Shown here: positions 62,261 to 64,000 of the stretch, piece after piece
Position numbering within the stretch: the stretch's first letter is position 1
Layout: each line of letters begins with the position of its first letter
Source: the human T2T-CHM13v2.0 reference genome, Homo sapiens
Strand: one strand, 5' to 3'
Assembly (NCBI RefSeq): GCF_009914755.1
Contig: NC_060947.1
DNA: 64,000 bases
Notes under the pieces: model-generated
The model's database searches: none
Told to the model about the DNA's origin: nothing
What the model saw: the letters and a program-made list of their open reading frames with translations, nothing else
Position numbers and translations under genes: made by a program

Positions 62261-63170
62261 CTTTGTGGTTTTATCTACTTTTGGTCTTTGATGATGGTGA
62301 TGTACAGATGGGTTTTTGGTGTGGATGTCCTTTCTGTTTGTTAGTTTTCCTTTTAACAGAGAGGACCCTCAGCTGCAGGTCTGTTGGAGTACCCGGCCGT
62401 GTGAGGTGTCAGTGTGCCCCTGCTGGGGGGTGCCTCCCAGTTAGGCTGCTCGGGGATCAGGGGTCAGGGACCCACGTGAGGAGGCAATCTGCCCGTTCTC
62501 AGATCTCCAGCTGCGTGCTGGGAGAACCACTGCTCTCTTCAAAGCTGTCAGACAGGGACATTTAAGTCTGCAGAGGTTACTGCTGTCTTTTTGTTTGTCT
62601 GTGCCCTGCCCCCAGAGGTGGAGCCTACAGAGGCAGGCTGGCCTCCTTGATCTGTGGTAGTCTCCACCCAGTTGGAGCTTCCCGGCTGCTTTGTTTACCT
62701 AAGCAAGCCTGGGCAATGGAGGGCGCCCCTCCCCCAGCCTCGCTGCCGCCCCGCAGCTCCATCTCAGAGTGCTGTGCTAGCAACCAGTGAGACTCCGTGG
62801 GCGCAGGAACCTCCGAGCCAGGTGCGGGATACAATCTCGCGGTGCGCCGCTTTCCAAGCCCGTCGGAAAAGCGCAGTATTCGGGTGGGAGTGACCCGATT
62901 TTCCAGGTGCCGTCCGTCACCCCTTTCTTTGACTCAGAAAGGGAACTCCCTGACCCCTTGCGCTTCCCAAGTGAGGCAATGCCTCGTCCTGCTTCGGGTC
63001 GCGCACGGTGCGCACACCCACTGACCTGCGCCCACTGTCTGGCACTCCCTAGTGAGATGAACCCGGTACCTCAGATGGAAATGCAGAAATCACCCGTCTT
63101 CTGCGTCGCTTACTCTGGGAGCTGTAGACCGGAGCTGCTCCTATTCGGCCATCTTGGCTCCTCCTCCTCC
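62261..63170 (-). promoter_or_regulatory. L1 5'UTR internal promoter and antisense promoter
   Basis: YY1 site (caagatggcc) near the 5' end and retained CpGs; ORF0 remnant on + from 62716. Confidence 0.8.
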
Positions 63171-64000
63171 ATGATGTTTTTTGATACATAAAAGTCTTAA
63201 ATTTTCATGAAATCCAATTTACCTATTTTTTTTTCTTTTGTTACTTTTGGTTTCCTTTCCAAGGATCCATTGTCAAATACTAGATTATGAAGATTTTCAC
63301 TTTTTTTTTTTTTTGAGAGTTTTACAGTTTTAGGTCTTATATTTTGGTTGATACTTCTCTGTTGTTGTTGTTTTTGAGGTGGAGTCTCCCTCTGTCGCCC
63401 AGGCTGGAGTGTAGTGGTGTGATCTCGGCTCACGGCAACCTCCACCTCCCAGGTTCAAGCCATTATCCTCCTGAGTAGCTGGGAATACAGGTGTGTGCCA
63501 CCACGCCTGGCTAATTTTTTGTATTTTTAGTAGAGATGGGGTTTCACCGTGTTAGCCAGGATGGTCTCAATCTCCTGATCTTGTGATCCGCCCACCTCGG
63601 CCTCCCAAAGCACTGGGATTACAGGCATGAGCCTCCGTGCCCTGCCCAGATTGATACTTTCTAAAATTTTAGTAACGTGTGCAAACAAGGTTGATACATT
63701 TTGACTTGATTTTTGTACATGGTGTCAGATAAGGGTCCAACTTTATTCTTTTCATATAGAAGTTCAATTGTCCTGGCACCATATGTTGGAAAGGCTATTC
63801 TTTCCCCCAGTGAATGGTTTCAACATCCTTATCAAAAACGATTAGCCACAGATGGCTGCATTCATTTCTGGCCTTTCAATTTTATTTCATTCATCTATAT
63901 GTCTATACTTATGCCAGTACTGCACTGTTTTGATTTTAGTACCTTCATAGTAATTTTAGAGATTGAGAAAAATGTCCTCCAACTTTCTTCATCTTTTTCA
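63171..64000 (-). mobile_element. Continuation of the old L1M, with an Alu at about 63360-63648
   Basis: L1 antisense sequence resumes from the point interrupted at about 54985 (aatccaatttacc, ttttaggtcttata, tgccagtactgcactgttttgat). Confidence 0.8.

Overview
Primate (human-like) genomic DNA dominated by Alu, L1, LTR, MIR/L2 and hAT repeats. No rRNA, tRNA, CRISPR array or intact cellular protein-coding gene was found. The unique sequence holds two intron-containing, disabled genes on the + strand that the ORF track shows only as fragments. (1) At 12.6-18.3 kb, at least seven exons of a maestro/HEAT-like repeat (MROH-family, MROH5-like C-terminal half) pseudogene. (2) At 31.0-33.9 kb, a nearly complete and strongly diverged Shaw/Kv3 (KCNC-family) voltage-gated K+ channel gene. 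It keeps the T1 domain with its Zn motif, S1-S6 and the KCNC intron position, and has a GC-rich promoter-like region upstream. It is disabled by an Alu in T1, a frameshift/stop in the S1-S2 loop and a nonsense codon at the Tyr of the GYG filter. The window also has an older full-length L1 carrying a solo MER9 LTR, and a younger full-length L1 with intact ORF1 that may have carried a 1.8-kb 3' transduction of an older L1. Family assignments are by-eye comparisons with protein and repeat sequences recalled from memory; the chromosomal locus could not be determined, and repeat boundaries are approximate.
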